Shown here piece by piece: positions 63,629 to 64,000 of a stretch of DNA of 64,000 nucleotides (position 1 is its first letter; every line of letters begins with the position of its first letter). The stretch is from Candidatus Poribacteria bacterium (GTDB lineage: Bacteria; Poribacteria; WGA-4E; WGA-3G). The notes beneath the pieces are model-generated. The model had not been told where the DNA came from and did not search any database. It was given only the letters and a program-made list of their open reading frames with translations. The stretch is from contig OZ244048.1 of assembly GCA_965215265.1 (NCBI GenBank), positions 4,288,001 through 4,352,000 of the forward strand, written 5' to 3'. A program made the position numbers and the translations under genes.

Positions 63629-63821
63629 TCATTTCAAATTTTAATTTATTTTAGCATAGTTTTTGGAATATTGCAAGTTTTTTCTCGGAAAAAACGGAGC
63701 ATGTCCGTATCAAGTAGGCTCTTTTTTTATATTGTTTGAATCACGGATAGACGTGGGATTTTGGGATTGGTAGGATAATAGGTTGTTTGGTGTCTGATAA
63801 ATTAGAGTCTGGAGATGTGGC

Positions 63822-63986
63822 TTTTTTGGCTACAGGAGCCCGATGCCAGTTGCTGCTATGTTAAATCCTGTGTACATCTCGTCGGAGACTTTTGATGCTA
63901 TGAATCTAAACATCGGAAAACTCCGGCGAGATTTACACACGAGCTATCAAAGCATAAGCGTTTATGGTACGGAGATATACTAAAAA
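63822..63986. repeat. Family A element, uninterrupted inverted copy of 63369-63628
   Basis: Reverse complement matches 63369-63628 apart from the nested hairpin. Confidence 0.85.
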
Positions 63987-64000
63987 TGTTACAAAAATGA

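Noticed and set aside
63450-63632. Similar small ORFs at 63450-63632 and 56929-57177
   Set aside because: They are translations of the composite repeat, not a gene family
49384-63986. Family A elements as integron attC sites
   Set aside because: No consistent RYYYAAC/GTTRRRY ends, mixed orientations, intragenic insertions, and no integrase in the window

Overview
Bacterial chromosomal window. The gene content suggests Candidatus Poribacteria (inference): LamG proteins ending in a KLA(T/M)TWG(Q/F)LK-type tail, several PhyH dioxygenases, Uma2, a BMC locus and a sialidase. Housekeeping genes (dnaK, fabV, mdh, icd, ligA, clpX, msrB) are mixed with ABC export loci and many pseudogene fragments. 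About 18 copies of a ~160-bp palindromic repeat are scattered through the window, along with a second GGCAGG...CCTGCC hairpin family. No cas genes are visible. A ~3-kb island (28885-31860) holds two orphan CRISPR arrays with different repeats, a membrane-anchored PD-(D/E)XK nuclease gene between them, and tandem promoter-plus-hairpin sRNA candidates. The strongest signal is one 67-bp insertion signature (a ~31-bp duplication around a ~36-bp unique insert, i.e. repeat-spacer-repeat) at three unrelated sites. Two lie at the centre of the palindromic repeat, whose core resembles a CRISPR repeat (CTTTC...GAAAC). The third frameshifts a Cys-rich protein gene. This points to ectopic Cas1-Cas2-type spacer integration seeding mini-arrays in a dispersed repeat family (inference). 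All matches were found by eye, and repeat boundaries are approximate to a few bp.
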